64,000 nucleotides of DNA from Anaerolineales bacterium (GTDB lineage: Bacteria; Chloroflexota; Anaerolineae; Anaerolineales; UBA4823): the NCBI GenBank assembly GCA_046259385.1, contig JBJYWI010000157.1, forward strand, positions 3,540 to 67,539, read 5' to 3'. The notes beneath the pieces are model-generated. The model was given only the letters and a program-made list of their open reading frames with translations, had not been told where the DNA came from and ran no database searches. A program made the translations under genes and the position numbers. Below are positions 54,880 through 64,000 of the stretch, piece by piece (the first letter of the stretch is position 1; each line of letters starts with the position of its first letter).

Positions 54880-56176
54880 TTTCCTGCTTGCTGTATGACC
54901 ATTCCAGAACTTCGGCGACGTGCATTACTTTGATGTCAAGTCCTACTTTACGGATTCCAGCGATAAGCTGCAACTGGCAGCCTGTATTTGAGGTTACCAC
55001 CAGTTCTGCTCCTGTGGCTTTTATATCTTTTAATTTTGCTTCGAGGATTCTCCCAGCGGTGTCAATTTGGGTGAGGTTGTAAACGCCTGCGCTGCCGCAG
55101 CACAGATCGGGATTTGAAAGTTCAACAAGCACAAGCCCTGGAATTTGCTGCAGCAATTCGCGCGGTTGTTCAACTACTTTCTGGCTGTGACGCAGGTGGC
55201 ATGAGTCAGAGTAGGTTGCCCGGATCCGGATTTCTCCTGCAGGTGGCGTATTTAAATTTTCTACCAGGAATTCATTGATATCCATTACCTTACTGGAAAA
55301 TGCCTGTGCTTTACGGCTATAAGCTGAGTCATCTTTCAATAGGTGGGGGTATTCTTTCAGCGCTGCACCGCACCCGCCAGCGTTGTTGATAATCGCAACG
55401 TAACTGTTTTTATTGTTAAGGAATATATCAATGTTCTTACGGGCCAGTTTTTTAGCGAATTCCAGGTCGCCCAGATGGGCGTGGGCTGCACCGCAGCAAG
55501 TTTGATCTTCAGGAGTGTATACATCGTATCCATTCCTTCTGAGTAGGTTAATCGTTGCCTGATTGACCCGGGGTAGAAATCCTTCTTGTATACATCCTGT
55601 AAAAAAAAGTACATCTCCTTTTTTATTCCCATAGGCAGGGGCAAAATCATTGACCTGGTTGGATGGATTTATAAGTTCTGGGAGTATCGCTTCCATTGCC
55701 TCTATTGATTTGGGGAGCAATGAGTATTTCCGAATGATTTTTTGCATTCCGCTGGTCTGATAAAGGTAAAGAAACCTTGCAAGCAGCTTTATCCGGCTCG
55801 GGTGGGGCATAACCTGTTTTGTGCCTGCCCAACGTGTGATCCTCTCCAGGAAACCTGCTGAGCGGTTTGCTTCGACCACATATCTGGCGCTTTCAATTAA
55901 TTCGCCGTATTTGACGCCGGAAGGACAGGCAGTCTCACAGGCGCGGCATGCCAGGCAGAGCGTGATATGGCGCTCAAAACTGTTGAAAAATAGTTCCGGC
56001 TCAAATTTGTTTTCCAGACCCGCTCGCATAAGAGCTATCCGGCCGCGCGGCGAATCCATCTCTGTGCCCAGCACATTGTATGTAGGACATGACTGAAGGC
56101 ACATCCCGCAGTGGATGCACTGATTCAGAGCGCTGACGAATTGTGGCGAGTCTAGAAATTGTGGATCTTTGATCAT
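54866..56176 (-). CDS. GlcF-like iron-sulfur subunit (2x[4Fe-4S] plus two CCG domains)
   Basis: The ferredoxin motifs are CIHCGMCLQSCP and CLACRACETACP. The CCG signatures are QTCCGAAHA and DLCCGSAG. Confidence 0.8.
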   Translation of the reverse strand: MIKDPQFLDSPQFVSALNQCIHCGMCLQSCPTYNVLGTEMDSPRGRIALMRAGLENKFEPELFFNSFERHITLCLACRACETACPSGVKYGELIESARYVVEANRSAGFLERITRWAGTKQVMPHPSRIKLLARFLYLYQTSGMQKIIRKYSLLPKSIEAMEAILPELINPSNQVNDFAPAYGNKKGDVLFFTGCIQEGFLPRVNQATINLLRRNGYDVYTPEDQTCCGAAHAHLGDLEFAKKLARKNIDIFLNNKNSYVAIINNAGGCGAALKEYPHLLKDDSAYSRKAQAFSSKVMDINEFLVENLNTPPAGEIRIRATYSDSCHLRHSQKVVEQPRELLQQIPGLVLVELSNPDLCCGSAGVYNLTQIDTAGRILEAKLKDIKATGAELVVTSNTGCQLQLIAGIRKVGLDIKVMHVAEVLEWSYSKQENGIM

Positions 56177-56221
56177 AAGGTGAGATATTCGGAAAGATGG
56201 ACCAAAATGGAATTCAAGAAA

Positions 56222-57139
56222 TTATTTTTTAAATAAAAATTCCGATTGGGAGAGAAGCATACCAGCGAATATTATCACACATCCCAGTATCTGGATCCCG
56301 GTGAGGTATTCATCCAACAATATCCAACCAAATAAAGCCGCAAAAATTGCCTCTGCGCTGAGGATAATCGCTGCATCAGCAGGTGGTGCGATTTTCTGGC
56401 TGGCAGCTTGAAGGGTGTAACCGATCCCGACTGAGATTACACCGGTAAACAACAGCACCTGCCATGCTTGCAGCATATCTGCAAGAGTTTTACCTTCGAT
56501 GAGCATCCCGCCTGAGATACTGAAAGCTGCACAAACAAGATACTGTCCGATAACAAATAGGAGCACATCAATTTTGAGCACAATCCAGCCGATAAGGATT
56601 ACATGGCACGCGAAAATCAAAGCGCTTATCAACACCAGCAGGTCGCCGATATTTAGCCCCGCCACGCCGCCTGAACTGAGCAAGTAAAGACCGCAAAGAG
56701 CAAATCCTGCTGAAATCCATATGATCGTTCGCGGACTCTGGCGAAATGCAACTGCTAGTATCAACGGGATAAATATGACATAAAGACCGGTAATAAATCC
56801 GGCATTCCCGGCTGTTGTATATAACAGGCCGGTTTGCTGAAAAGCCGCGCCTGCAAAGAGTAAAATTCCAGCCAGAACAACACTCAATAGGACTTTCCGA
56901 TTTTTCCAGGTTAAGTCTTGTCGGCGTGTACTCCCGGTTATCGTTAATGGTATCAGAACCAGCGCTCCGAGCAGAAACCGGATTCCATTAAACAGGAATA
57001 CCCCTACCTGGGGGGCGGAATACCTTTGGACCACAAACGCCAACCCCCAGATAAGTGTAACGAACAGCAGGGCAAAGTCAGCCTTTAATCGCTGCTGTAG
57101 GCTGGATTTGGAATTAAACAGATTTTCACCGGTGCCCAT
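56222..57139 (-). CDS. DMT superfamily transporter (EamA-like)
   Basis: It is a 10-TM-type protein with duplicated EamA halves. Confidence 0.7.
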   Translation of the reverse strand: MGTGENLFNSKSSLQQRLKADFALLFVTLIWGLAFVVQRYSAPQVGVFLFNGIRFLLGALVLIPLTITGSTRRQDLTWKNRKVLLSVVLAGILLFAGAAFQQTGLLYTTAGNAGFITGLYVIFIPLILAVAFRQSPRTIIWISAGFALCGLYLLSSGGVAGLNIGDLLVLISALIFACHVILIGWIVLKIDVLLFVIGQYLVCAAFSISGGMLIEGKTLADMLQAWQVLLFTGVISVGIGYTLQAASQKIAPPADAAIILSAEAIFAALFGWILLDEYLTGIQILGCVIIFAGMLLSQSEFLFKK

Positions 57140-57253
57140 GGTTTACCATTTAATAAAATTCTTGCTTCTAAAGAATACAATAAACCTTACAAACAATTGC
57201 GATAGTATAATCCCTTCTGTTTATCAAACATAATTATTATTGAGCGGAGATAA

Positions 57254-58435
57254 ATGAGAATCTATAATTTTGATGAACCGCCGAATCGCCTGGGCAGCGA
57301 TTGTCTGAAATGGGATGTGTACGGTCCGGCAGTTATCCCTTTGTGGGTTGCGGACATGGACTTCGTGTCACCCGAGCCGGTAATTAAGGCTTTAACAGAA
57401 AAGGTTGAACACGGCGTGTTTGGGTATCCTTCCGGGATAATGGGGGAGCCCAGTGAACTGCCAGAGCTTCGCAGTGCAATTATTGGCAGGATGGCTGACC
57501 GTTACAATTGGGAAATCAAACCTGAAGATATTCTCTTCATTCCTGGGGTGGTTACAGGATTTAACCTGGCAAACCATGCATTCGTCCCCGATGGACATGG
57601 AGTTCTAATACAAACTCCGGTTTACCCTCCCATATTAAAGTCTGCAGAGACAACCGGGAAATTGTATCAGGCAATGGAGCTGGATAGAAATGAGGATGGT
57701 TTATATGGGGTTGATTGGGGTGCAATGGAGGAGAGCATAACCGCAAATACAAGGGTTTTTATTCTGTGCAATCCACATAATCCAGTTGGAAAAGTATTTT
57801 CAAGGGCGGAGCTGGAACGCACAGCGGAATTATGTTTGAGGAAGGGTGTGTTAATCTGTTCAGATGAAATCCACTGCGACCTTATTTTTGAAGGATATAA
57901 ACATATCCCAATCGCTTCTATTGACAGGGAGGTTGCTCAATCCACAATCACTCTCATGGCGCCAAGTAAAACATATAATATTGCAGGGTTGCAATGCTCC
58001 TTTGCCATTATTCAGAACGAAAATTTACGAAAGTGCTTCACAGAGGCACGCAGAGGAATCGTGCCCTGGGTTAATATGATGGGACTGGTAGCTGCAGAAG
58101 CTGCTTATATCGATGGAGAGGAGTGGTTTCAACAGGTGATGGATTATCTCTCCGCTAACAGGGATTACCTTTTAGATTTCTTTAAATCCGAATTACCCGG
58201 CGTTTCTATGGCAGAACCCCAGGGGACTTACCTGGGGTGGTTGGATTGCAGGTATGCTGGTTTACCTGAAAATCCTTATGAATTTTTTCTCAAAAAAGCG
58301 CGCGTCGCCTTTAATAATGGAGTTTCTTTTGGGAAAGGTGGGGAAGGATTCCTGAGGATAAATTTTGCCTGTTCAAGATACTTGCTCGAAAAGGCAATGG
58401 GCAGGATGAAAAGAGCCTTCGAGCGGATTTCTTGA
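57254..58435 (+). CDS. PatB/MalY-family PLP-dependent C-S lyase (cystathionine beta-lyase type aminotransferase fold)
   Basis: It contains LKWDVYG, WVADMDF and NPHNPVGKVF. The PLP lysine sits in MAPSKTYNIAGL. Confidence 0.8.
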   Translation: MRIYNFDEPPNRLGSDCLKWDVYGPAVIPLWVADMDFVSPEPVIKALTEKVEHGVFGYPSGIMGEPSELPELRSAIIGRMADRYNWEIKPEDILFIPGVVTGFNLANHAFVPDGHGVLIQTPVYPPILKSAETTGKLYQAMELDRNEDGLYGVDWGAMEESITANTRVFILCNPHNPVGKVFSRAELERTAELCLRKGVLICSDEIHCDLIFEGYKHIPIASIDREVAQSTITLMAPSKTYNIAGLQCSFAIIQNENLRKCFTEARRGIVPWVNMMGLVAAEAAYIDGEEWFQQVMDYLSANRDYLLDFFKSELPGVSMAEPQGTYLGWLDCRYAGLPENPYEFFLKKARVAFNNGVSFGKGGEGFLRINFACSRYLLEKAMGRMKRAFERIS

Positions 58436-58546
58436 ATAGTATATATCAAAATTCCTGCTGTTCTTCCATTTATACCCGAACCTAACCGGAATTCCAGTCT
58501 GGATTCTGGTATAAAGATTGCATCCAATTCGCACAAGGAGCAAGAT

Positions 58547-59233
58547 ATGGTCAAGAAACGAGTATTGATGATTTTACTGGTTGGTATCTTAGTATTTGGT
58601 ACAGCAGCCTGTACACGCTCACTCAGAAAACCAGTTCAGCAGGAGCCCTCTGCAACCCAAGCAGTGGAAACAAACCCGCAGGGCGAATCGGATGTTATGG
58701 AGCAGATCTATCTCTTTGCCACCCAAACTGCAATGGTAGAACAGGGGGTGACGTTAGTCAACGAAACCCTCGATGAAATTCCCGCTGGCACTCCCATCCC
58801 TGAAACTACGGACTTGGTGGAAAGCCAGGAACCTGAATTGGAGGAATCCCAGGAACTGGATCAGACCAGACAAGATGTTCCAACCGCAACTCCAGGCAAA
58901 CCGGATTCTTACACACTCCAGAAGGGAGAATTTCCGTATTGTATCGCCAGGCGTTTTAATGTAAATCCCAATGAGCTTCTGCGGGTCAATAATCTGGCGA
59001 AGGATGTCACAATCCAACCCGGGACTACTTTGAGACTCCCCAGCAGTGACCGCGGGTATCCCGGCAGCCGGGAATTGCGGGACCATCCCACAACTTATAC
59101 GGTCAAAGACGGAGATACGATTTTCTCAATTGCATGCATTTTCGGTGATGCCGATCCCAATGCGATCGCCTATGCTAACAATCTGGTAGAACCCTATAAG
59201 CTTTCAGTTGGTCAAGAGTTGTATATCCCCTGA
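58547..59233 (+). CDS. LysM-domain lipoprotein
   Basis: It has a lipobox-like LVFGTAAC sequence, an acidic linker and two LysM repeats (YTLQKGEFPYCIARRFNVNPNELLRVNNL and YTVKDGDTIFSIACIFG...). Confidence 0.75.
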   Translation: MVKKRVLMILLVGILVFGTAACTRSLRKPVQQEPSATQAVETNPQGESDVMEQIYLFATQTAMVEQGVTLVNETLDEIPAGTPIPETTDLVESQEPELEESQELDQTRQDVPTATPGKPDSYTLQKGEFPYCIARRFNVNPNELLRVNNLAKDVTIQPGTTLRLPSSDRGYPGSRELRDHPTTYTVKDGDTIFSIACIFGDADPNAIAYANNLVEPYKLSVGQELYIP

Positions 59234-59299
59234 ACTGGGATTAACAATTAATCATTCAAGGAGCAGCTGTGGTTATATTAGCTGCTCTTTATTGTTTAC

Positions 59300-59842
59300 A
59301 TGGAGGTTAGAATGCCTTTTGAAGTGATTGAAACTCAAAATTTGTTTTCGGGCAAAGTTTTTAATGTTCGCCGGGATAAAGTGCGCAAAAAGGATGGAGG
59401 TGTTATGGAACTGGATGTTGTCGAACACCATGATTCAGTTACCATCCTGCCTCTAGATGATGATGGGAATATCTGGTTTGTCAGCCAGTACCGCCATCCT
59501 GCTGGTGAATTTCTGCTGGAATTGCCCGCAGGAGTGATTGAAGTTGGTGAATCACAGGCAGAATGTGCAAATCGCGAAATCCAAGAAGAGATAGGTATGC
59601 GTGCAGGGAGGTTGGAGGAGGTGGGTGGATTTTACCTGGTGCCCGGTTATTCCACAGAGTTTATGCACATATTTTTGGCTCGCGATCTACATCCCAGCTC
59701 TCTGGAGGGGGATGAAGATGAAATTATTTTGGTTGAAAAAATATCCTTGGATAAGGCTTACAGTATGGCAGAAACTGGGCTGATTAAAGATGTAAAATCT
59801 TTGGGAGCCTTGCTGCTTCTCAAACCGGTTTTATATAATTAA
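59300..59842 (+). CDS. NUDIX hydrolase (ADP-ribose pyrophosphatase-like)
   Basis: The Nudix box is GVIEVGESQAECANREIQEEIG. The ATG at 59312 is an alternative start. Confidence 0.8.
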   Translation: MEVRMPFEVIETQNLFSGKVFNVRRDKVRKKDGGVMELDVVEHHDSVTILPLDDDGNIWFVSQYRHPAGEFLLELPAGVIEVGESQAECANREIQEEIGMRAGRLEEVGGFYLVPGYSTEFMHIFLARDLHPSSLEGDEDEIILVEKISLDKAYSMAETGLIKDVKSLGALLLLKPVLYN

Positions 59843-60120
59843 GTTTGAACCTGGTTAGTCTGAGTTTGACTGTTGCCCAGTGGAATTGAATTTTGAACAG
59901 AAGTGGGATTAAGGATTGAATTCAGCCATAAGATGGCTTTACGGTCGTATTCTAGCCGTCCGCATACATCGCATACATAAGCAGGGAAATTGGGGACCGT
60001 GATCAAATCGTCATCCAGCCAGGCGAAAAAGGTTATGTACTGAAGCTGGTGCACTCCTGTCTGGCATTCAATACATAAACCCTTTTTTCTTGTTGAAACT
60101 TGGCTGAATTGAGGGAACAT
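59839..60120 (-). CDS. YgiT-type zinc-finger protein
   Basis: It has the Cys pairs CIECQ and CDVCGRLEY with a VPNFPAYVC spacer. There is no HTH domain. Its stop overlaps the NUDIX stop convergently. Confidence 0.5.
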   Translation of the reverse strand: MFPQFSQVSTRKKGLCIECQTGVHQLQYITFFAWLDDDLITVPNFPAYVCDVCGRLEYDRKAILWLNSILNPTSVQNSIPLGNSQTQTNQVQT

Positions 60121-60131
60121 AATGTGATTTG

Positions 60132-60881
60132 CTACCCGTTCGTGATCTCTTTTATAATATTAATCCCGGCGCTGGTGCCTAATCGGGTTGCCCCGGCTTT
60201 GACCATTGCTGCTGCGGTAGAGTAATCGCGAATACCGACTGCAGCCTTCACTCCGATTTTCGCTCCCACAACCCTGTACATCAGGTCTATATCCTCAACA
60301 GTCGCTCCGCCGCCCGCAAAACCGGAGGCGGTTTTCACAAAATCCGCTCCTGCATACATTGAAATCAAACAGGCGAGGATTTTTTCATCACGTGAGAGAA
60401 ATGGTGTCTCTATTATAACTTTTAAAGCCGCTTTTTGGATGTGGGTGGTTTGGGCTACTGTGGCGATATCGTTGAAAACCAAACCATACGCTTTGCTTTT
60501 TACTGCTCCAATGTTTAAGACCATATCTATTTCTGATGCCCCAGCGGTAATATTCGAGAGCGCTTCGAAGGACTTTTGGGTTGGCATTGAAGCACCGAGT
60601 GGAAAACCAGCGACTGATCCAACCAAAATCTGTGAATTGGCCAGAAGTCCTGCTGCAAGGGGAATATAGGCGGGGTTGACAACTACACTGAAGAAGTTGT
60701 AACGAACAGCTTCCTCGCAGAGCTGTTTGATCTCAGTTGAAGTTGCATCCGCTTTTATAAGTGTGAGGTCGATTATGCCGGCAATTTTTTCGCCTTCTGG
60801 AAGCGCCGGGGGGGGTGGCGGTTGTGGGAGTTCACGGCTGTACGATTCAGCCAGTTCTAATATTTGTGCGATCGAGTCCAT
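60132..60881 (-). CDS. deoC: Deoxyribose-phosphate aldolase
   Basis: It contains ADFVKTASGF (Schiff-base lysine), GVKAAVGIRD and RLGTSAG. Confidence 0.85.
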   Translation of the reverse strand: MDSIAQILELAESYSRELPQPPPPPALPEGEKIAGIIDLTLIKADATSTEIKQLCEEAVRYNFFSVVVNPAYIPLAAGLLANSQILVGSVAGFPLGASMPTQKSFEALSNITAGASEIDMVLNIGAVKSKAYGLVFNDIATVAQTTHIQKAALKVIIETPFLSRDEKILACLISMYAGADFVKTASGFAGGGATVEDIDLMYRVVGAKIGVKAAVGIRDYSTAAAMVKAGATRLGTSAGINIIKEITNG

Positions 60882-60884
60882 TGA

Positions 60885-61490
60885 TTACGGAGCTGCTTTG
60901 GCGCTTGAAGGAAGCTGAATCAGCCCCCATTTTTCGGGCGGCCAGTAAACCACCAGAGCTTTGCCAATTACATATTCCATTGGAACTGGCCCCCAGTTGT
61001 GGGAATCAGAAGAGTTGTTCCTGTTGTCACCCAGCACAAACAGGGAGTTAGTAGGAACATCCCAATCGCTTTGATAGTTGGGTGGGGCGGCAATATATGG
61101 CTCTTGAATTGGTTGTTCGTTCAAGTATACTGTCCCATTGCTGATTTTCACTTCATCTCCAGGCAAGCCAATAATCCGTTTAATATATTCCTGGTTTGGA
61201 TCGCGTGGGTAATGGAACACAATAACGTCTCCACTTTCGGGTGTGCCAAATTTATAAGCGAGCTTGTTTACAATGACAAATTCCCCACTCTGTAAAGTCG
61301 GTTCCATGCTGTGGCCATCTACACGTATTCGGGCAGATATGGCATTGATGCCGACAAAGAGTAATATCGAGAGAATCAGGGTTTCAGCGACATCTATAAT
61401 GAATCGAACAACTCTCGATCGACCTTTTTTGGAAACAGCCTGATCGGGAATTGGATCTGTGCGGTAACCTTCCAAATTGTTTTCCTCCAT
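60885..61490 (-). CDS. lepB: Signal peptidase I
   Basis: It contains GHSMEPTL, RIIGLPGD and VLGDNRNNSSDS. Confidence 0.88.
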   Translation of the reverse strand: MEENNLEGYRTDPIPDQAVSKKGRSRVVRFIIDVAETLILSILLFVGINAISARIRVDGHSMEPTLQSGEFVIVNKLAYKFGTPESGDVIVFHYPRDPNQEYIKRIIGLPGDEVKISNGTVYLNEQPIQEPYIAAPPNYQSDWDVPTNSLFVLGDNRNNSSDSHNWGPVPMEYVIGKALVVYWPPEKWGLIQLPSSAKAAP

Positions 61491-61623
61491 AAAATTCAGG
61501 TGGATTATAAAGCCGCTTTAAAGTGGGGGCAAGGGTTTATATAATGAGAGACCCTTCATGATAATCCCAGTATCATTTAATATTCCCGACTTGGCGACTG
61601 AGCGAACTGTGGGTTAGATTGAT

Positions 61624-63006
61624 TCAAACTCGTTTCTTAAGCAGCAGTTTGATGGGGGTGCCCAGAAATGGGTGGAATTCTCTTAATCTATTTTCAAGAA
61701 AGCGCATGTAGCTGAAATGCGACAACTTCGGATCATTGACATACAGGATGAATGTGGGCGGGTCGCTCCTCACCTGGGTGCAGTAATATATTCTCAGCTG
61801 TCTTCCAGAATGAGTGGGTGCCGGGTGCTGGTCTTGTGCTTGCTGAAAAATCCTGTTTAATTGCGCTGTAGGCAGTTTGATTAATCTCTCTTCCTGGACC
61901 TTTAATGCCAGCGGCAGGACTTTGTGTACCCGTTGACCGGTTTTGGCCGATATGAAAAGAAGCGGAACATAGTCCAGGAATTTCAATTCGGATCGGATTT
62001 TGTTGGTGAACTCCTGCATAGTGTATGTATCTTTTTTAATAAGATCCCATTTGTTCACGACAACCACGACACTTTTCCATTCATCAAGGATATAACCTGC
62101 TATATGGGCGTCTTGAGTCGTAACGCCACTGGAGGCATCGATCAGAATTAATGATACATCTGCGCGCTTTATTGCTCCAATTGCCCTGATAACGCTGTAT
62201 TTTTCAACTCCAGGGGTTACTTTACCGCTTCTGCGGATTCCAGCGGTATCAATTAGTGTTATTGGAATATTTTCAAAATTTATGTAAGTATCTACCGCAT
62301 CCCGGGTTGTGCCGGGAATTGGACTTACGATAGCCCGGTCTTCTCCAAGGATTTTATTTAATAGGCTGGATTTACCCGCATTGGGTTTTCCAACAATCGC
62401 TATCTTAACAGATTCATCTTCCTCTCTTTTTTCAAATTCGATGCCCGGTCCCAGATTTTGGACCAGAACATCAAGCAAATCGCCTGTTCCGGTCCCGTGT
62501 AGCGCGGAAACCGGGTGAGGTTCTCCCATCCCTAATTCGTAGAACTGAACGGCAGATTCACGGCGTTGCAGGTTGTCAGCTTTATTCGCAACCAGCAGGA
62601 CCGGCGGGGTTAGGATCTTATCCCGAATCTTCTGGCGTTTGCGCAATATGTCCGCAATCTCATGGTCTGCTGGTGTAAGTCCACCTTCCACATCTGTTAC
62701 AAATAAGATCGCGTCAGCTTGATCTATCGCGATTTCAGCCTGAGCACGGATTTGTCGCAAATAATCCTTTGAACCTATCGAAAGGGGTTCGCCCTGTTTT
62801 CCAGGGCTGGTGAATGTTGGATCCAACCCGCCTGTGTCAATTATGTCAAAAGTAACTCCGTTCCATTCCGCTTCCGTGATCAGCCTGTCCCGGGTCGTCC
62901 CCGGAATATCATCGACCACTGCCAATCTTCTTCCAGCCAGTCGATTGAAAAGAGTGCTTTTACCTACATTTGGACGTCCAATAAGGACAACTGTGGGTTT
63001 GCGCAT
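61624..63006 (-). CDS. der: Ribosome-associated GTPase Der (EngA)
   Basis: It has two tandem G-domains (GRPNVGKST and GKPNAGKSS, with DTGG/DTAG and NKAD/NKWD) plus a KH-like C-terminus. Confidence 0.92.
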   Translation of the reverse strand: MRKPTVVLIGRPNVGKSTLFNRLAGRRLAVVDDIPGTTRDRLITEAEWNGVTFDIIDTGGLDPTFTSPGKQGEPLSIGSKDYLRQIRAQAEIAIDQADAILFVTDVEGGLTPADHEIADILRKRQKIRDKILTPPVLLVANKADNLQRRESAVQFYELGMGEPHPVSALHGTGTGDLLDVLVQNLGPGIEFEKREEDESVKIAIVGKPNAGKSSLLNKILGEDRAIVSPIPGTTRDAVDTYINFENIPITLIDTAGIRRSGKVTPGVEKYSVIRAIGAIKRADVSLILIDASSGVTTQDAHIAGYILDEWKSVVVVVNKWDLIKKDTYTMQEFTNKIRSELKFLDYVPLLFISAKTGQRVHKVLPLALKVQEERLIKLPTAQLNRIFQQAQDQHPAPTHSGRQLRIYYCTQVRSDPPTFILYVNDPKLSHFSYMRFLENRLREFHPFLGTPIKLLLKKRV

Positions 63007-63037
63007 TTCACTTAATAAGATTGAAAAAGGTTGACTC

Positions 63038-64000
63038 TCAGGGTGAGGGTGTGATTGTTACAGTCGCTGTCAGCTCCGGGGTTGGGGCTGTTTCGATAAT
63101 TACTTCGACTGTCTCAGGAATCGTAGTAGAAGCGCGTACCAGATCTGAGATGATCTCAACTTTTGGCGCCCTCTGGTATTCGCCTGGGGGTTGTCCTTCA
63201 AGGTCAAGCACCACCTTGATATCATCTGCGGTCAGAGTCTCGAGAATATTTAACGGCCCAGCAACAATTACTTCGACCAATTCTGGTGAAAATGTAGCAG
63301 ATAGCTCGGGAGAGAGACCTCTGATTTCGATTGGTACCGAGAAGGTCTCACTTCCTTCCATTGCAGCGATGCTAACCTGCACCAGAACTTTAGGATCACG
63401 AACGGGGGTTATGCCTTCAGGGAGCCTTAATCCAATGCTGAATTCACTATCGTCAATCAATCCGGATAAATCCACAGGCTGTGTGTCCACAAAACCGGGC
63501 AAATCCTCAACCATCCGGGGATCCTCCGAAAAAACTGTTATTGTCGGTGGCGTTACAGAGACATTGGTCAGGCGGTAACCTTCTGCGATCTGACCAGTAG
63601 TATTGACTTTGACAACCACATTTTTAAATCCTCCCAGCAGTGATATTGGAAGAATTGCTGTTGTCTCAGGAGGTGACAAAGAGATTTCATCCACATTCCC
63701 CCCCTCAGGATTGAGCACATTTAGCGGGAGCGATGAATTGATATTCTCTGTCCTACCGGATATGTCGAGGTTAACTTGAACCCGGTCGATCTGATTTAAT
63801 GCCGACTTGGGACCGGATATTGTCACTACTTCAGGTTCGAGTGTTAATTCGCCTTTTTCATAACCCAGTGGAAGTTCTCCGGAAACAATGGCTTCAATCG
63901 GAAATTGTTCTTTAATGGATTCATCAAGTACTATCTCAACATTTTCGGGGTCTATCTTGACAACCTTTATTACCGATTCAATATCTTCGTCAATTGTCAA
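63038..64000 (-). CDS. YbbR-domain protein (CdaR-like), N-terminus outside the window
   Basis: It has repeated YbbR-like beta domains (..V.V.V.....GY......P..V.V.GP pattern). The ORF is open to the window end. Confidence 0.65.
   Translation of the reverse strand: MTIDEDIESVIKVVKIDPENVEIVLDESIKEQFPIEAIVSGELPLGYEKGELTLEPEVVTISGPKSALNQIDRVQVNLDISGRTENINSSLPLNVLNPEGGNVDEISLSPPETTAILPISLLGGFKNVVVKVNTTGQIAEGYRLTNVSVTPPTITVFSEDPRMVEDLPGFVDTQPVDLSGLIDDSEFSIGLRLPEGITPVRDPKVLVQVSIAAMEGSETFSVPIEIRGLSPELSATFSPELVEVIVAGPLNILETLTADDIKVVLDLEGQPPGEYQRAPKVEIISDLVRASTTIPETVEVIIETAPTPELTATVTITPSP

Noticed and set aside
63021-63578. 185-aa plus-strand ORF overlapping the ybbR-like gene
   Set aside because: It is antisense to a gene with repeated YbbR-domain periodicity, and its Ser/Thr/Val-rich low-complexity translation points to a spurious ORF.

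Overview
This is a gene-dense 64-kb bacterial chromosomal segment. Hand-counted lines give about 45-47% GC outside one island. I recognised no rRNA, CRISPR array, transposase or integrase.

The gene content loosely suggests an anaerobic or facultative Chloroflexota-like (Anaerolineae-type) bacterium; this is inference only. The basis is MurJ, LepB, Der, YbbR and DeoC housekeeping genes, GT-C membrane glycosyltransferases, Kor/Hdr/Etf redox genes, archaeal-type mevalonate enzymes and many TTG starts.

Gene order, left to right:
- The 3' end of a BMP-type ABC permease, followed by decayed ABC remnants.
- A P1B ATPase with an unusual CSC transmembrane motif.
- A secreted S8 protease, murJ, and a 954-aa internally duplicated beta-helix protein.
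- Two tandem tRNA-Ser genes.
- A phosphodiester glycosidase-like protein.
- A histidine ammonia-lyase homologue with Ala-Cys-Gly at the MIO (4-methylidene-imidazol-5-one cofactor) position.
- A DMT transporter and a CbpA-type J-protein.
- A roughly 3.4-kb GC-rich island, described below.
- Two GT-C glycosyltransferases and a DDAH-like (dimethylarginine dimethylaminohydrolase-like) gene.
- A korDABC / hdrA-mvhD fusion / hdrD-like / etfAB redox cluster.
- A csp gene.
- A ParA ATPase with an overlapping DUF4177 partner gene.
- HdeD, and a THEP1 NTPase with hyuAB.
- A tyrosine phenol-lyase-like gene, trmH, and an orphan GAF sensor histidine kinase.
- HMG-CoA reductase with archaeal-type HMG-CoA synthase, thiolase and DUF35.
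- A fused GlcD-GlcE gene with GlcF.
- A DMT transporter, PatB, a LysM lipoprotein and a NUDIX hydrolase.
- A zinc-finger protein, deoC, lepB, der and ybbR.

The best candidate for an undescribed system is the GC-rich island at about 15.86-19.26 kb. It carries a tightly coupled minus-strand cassette:
- a RecA-fold protein with a degenerate P-loop;
- a 91-aa helical protein;
- a B-family DNA polymerase with an intact-looking palm, an eroded 3'-5' exonuclease and a non-canonical motif C.

The arrangement parallels the logic of imuA-imuB-dnaE2 mutasome cassettes but is built on PolB.

Secondary points of interest:
- The Kor-Hdr-Etf cluster may encode an electron-bifurcating module.
- Two neighbouring secreted proteins share a short C-terminal tail ending in PLIYR.
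- The ammonia-lyase homologue has the Ala-Cys-Gly variant.
- The P1B ATPase has the CSC motif.
- The ParA-DUF4177 gene pair.

All functional calls come from reading motifs in the supplied translations. No database search was run.
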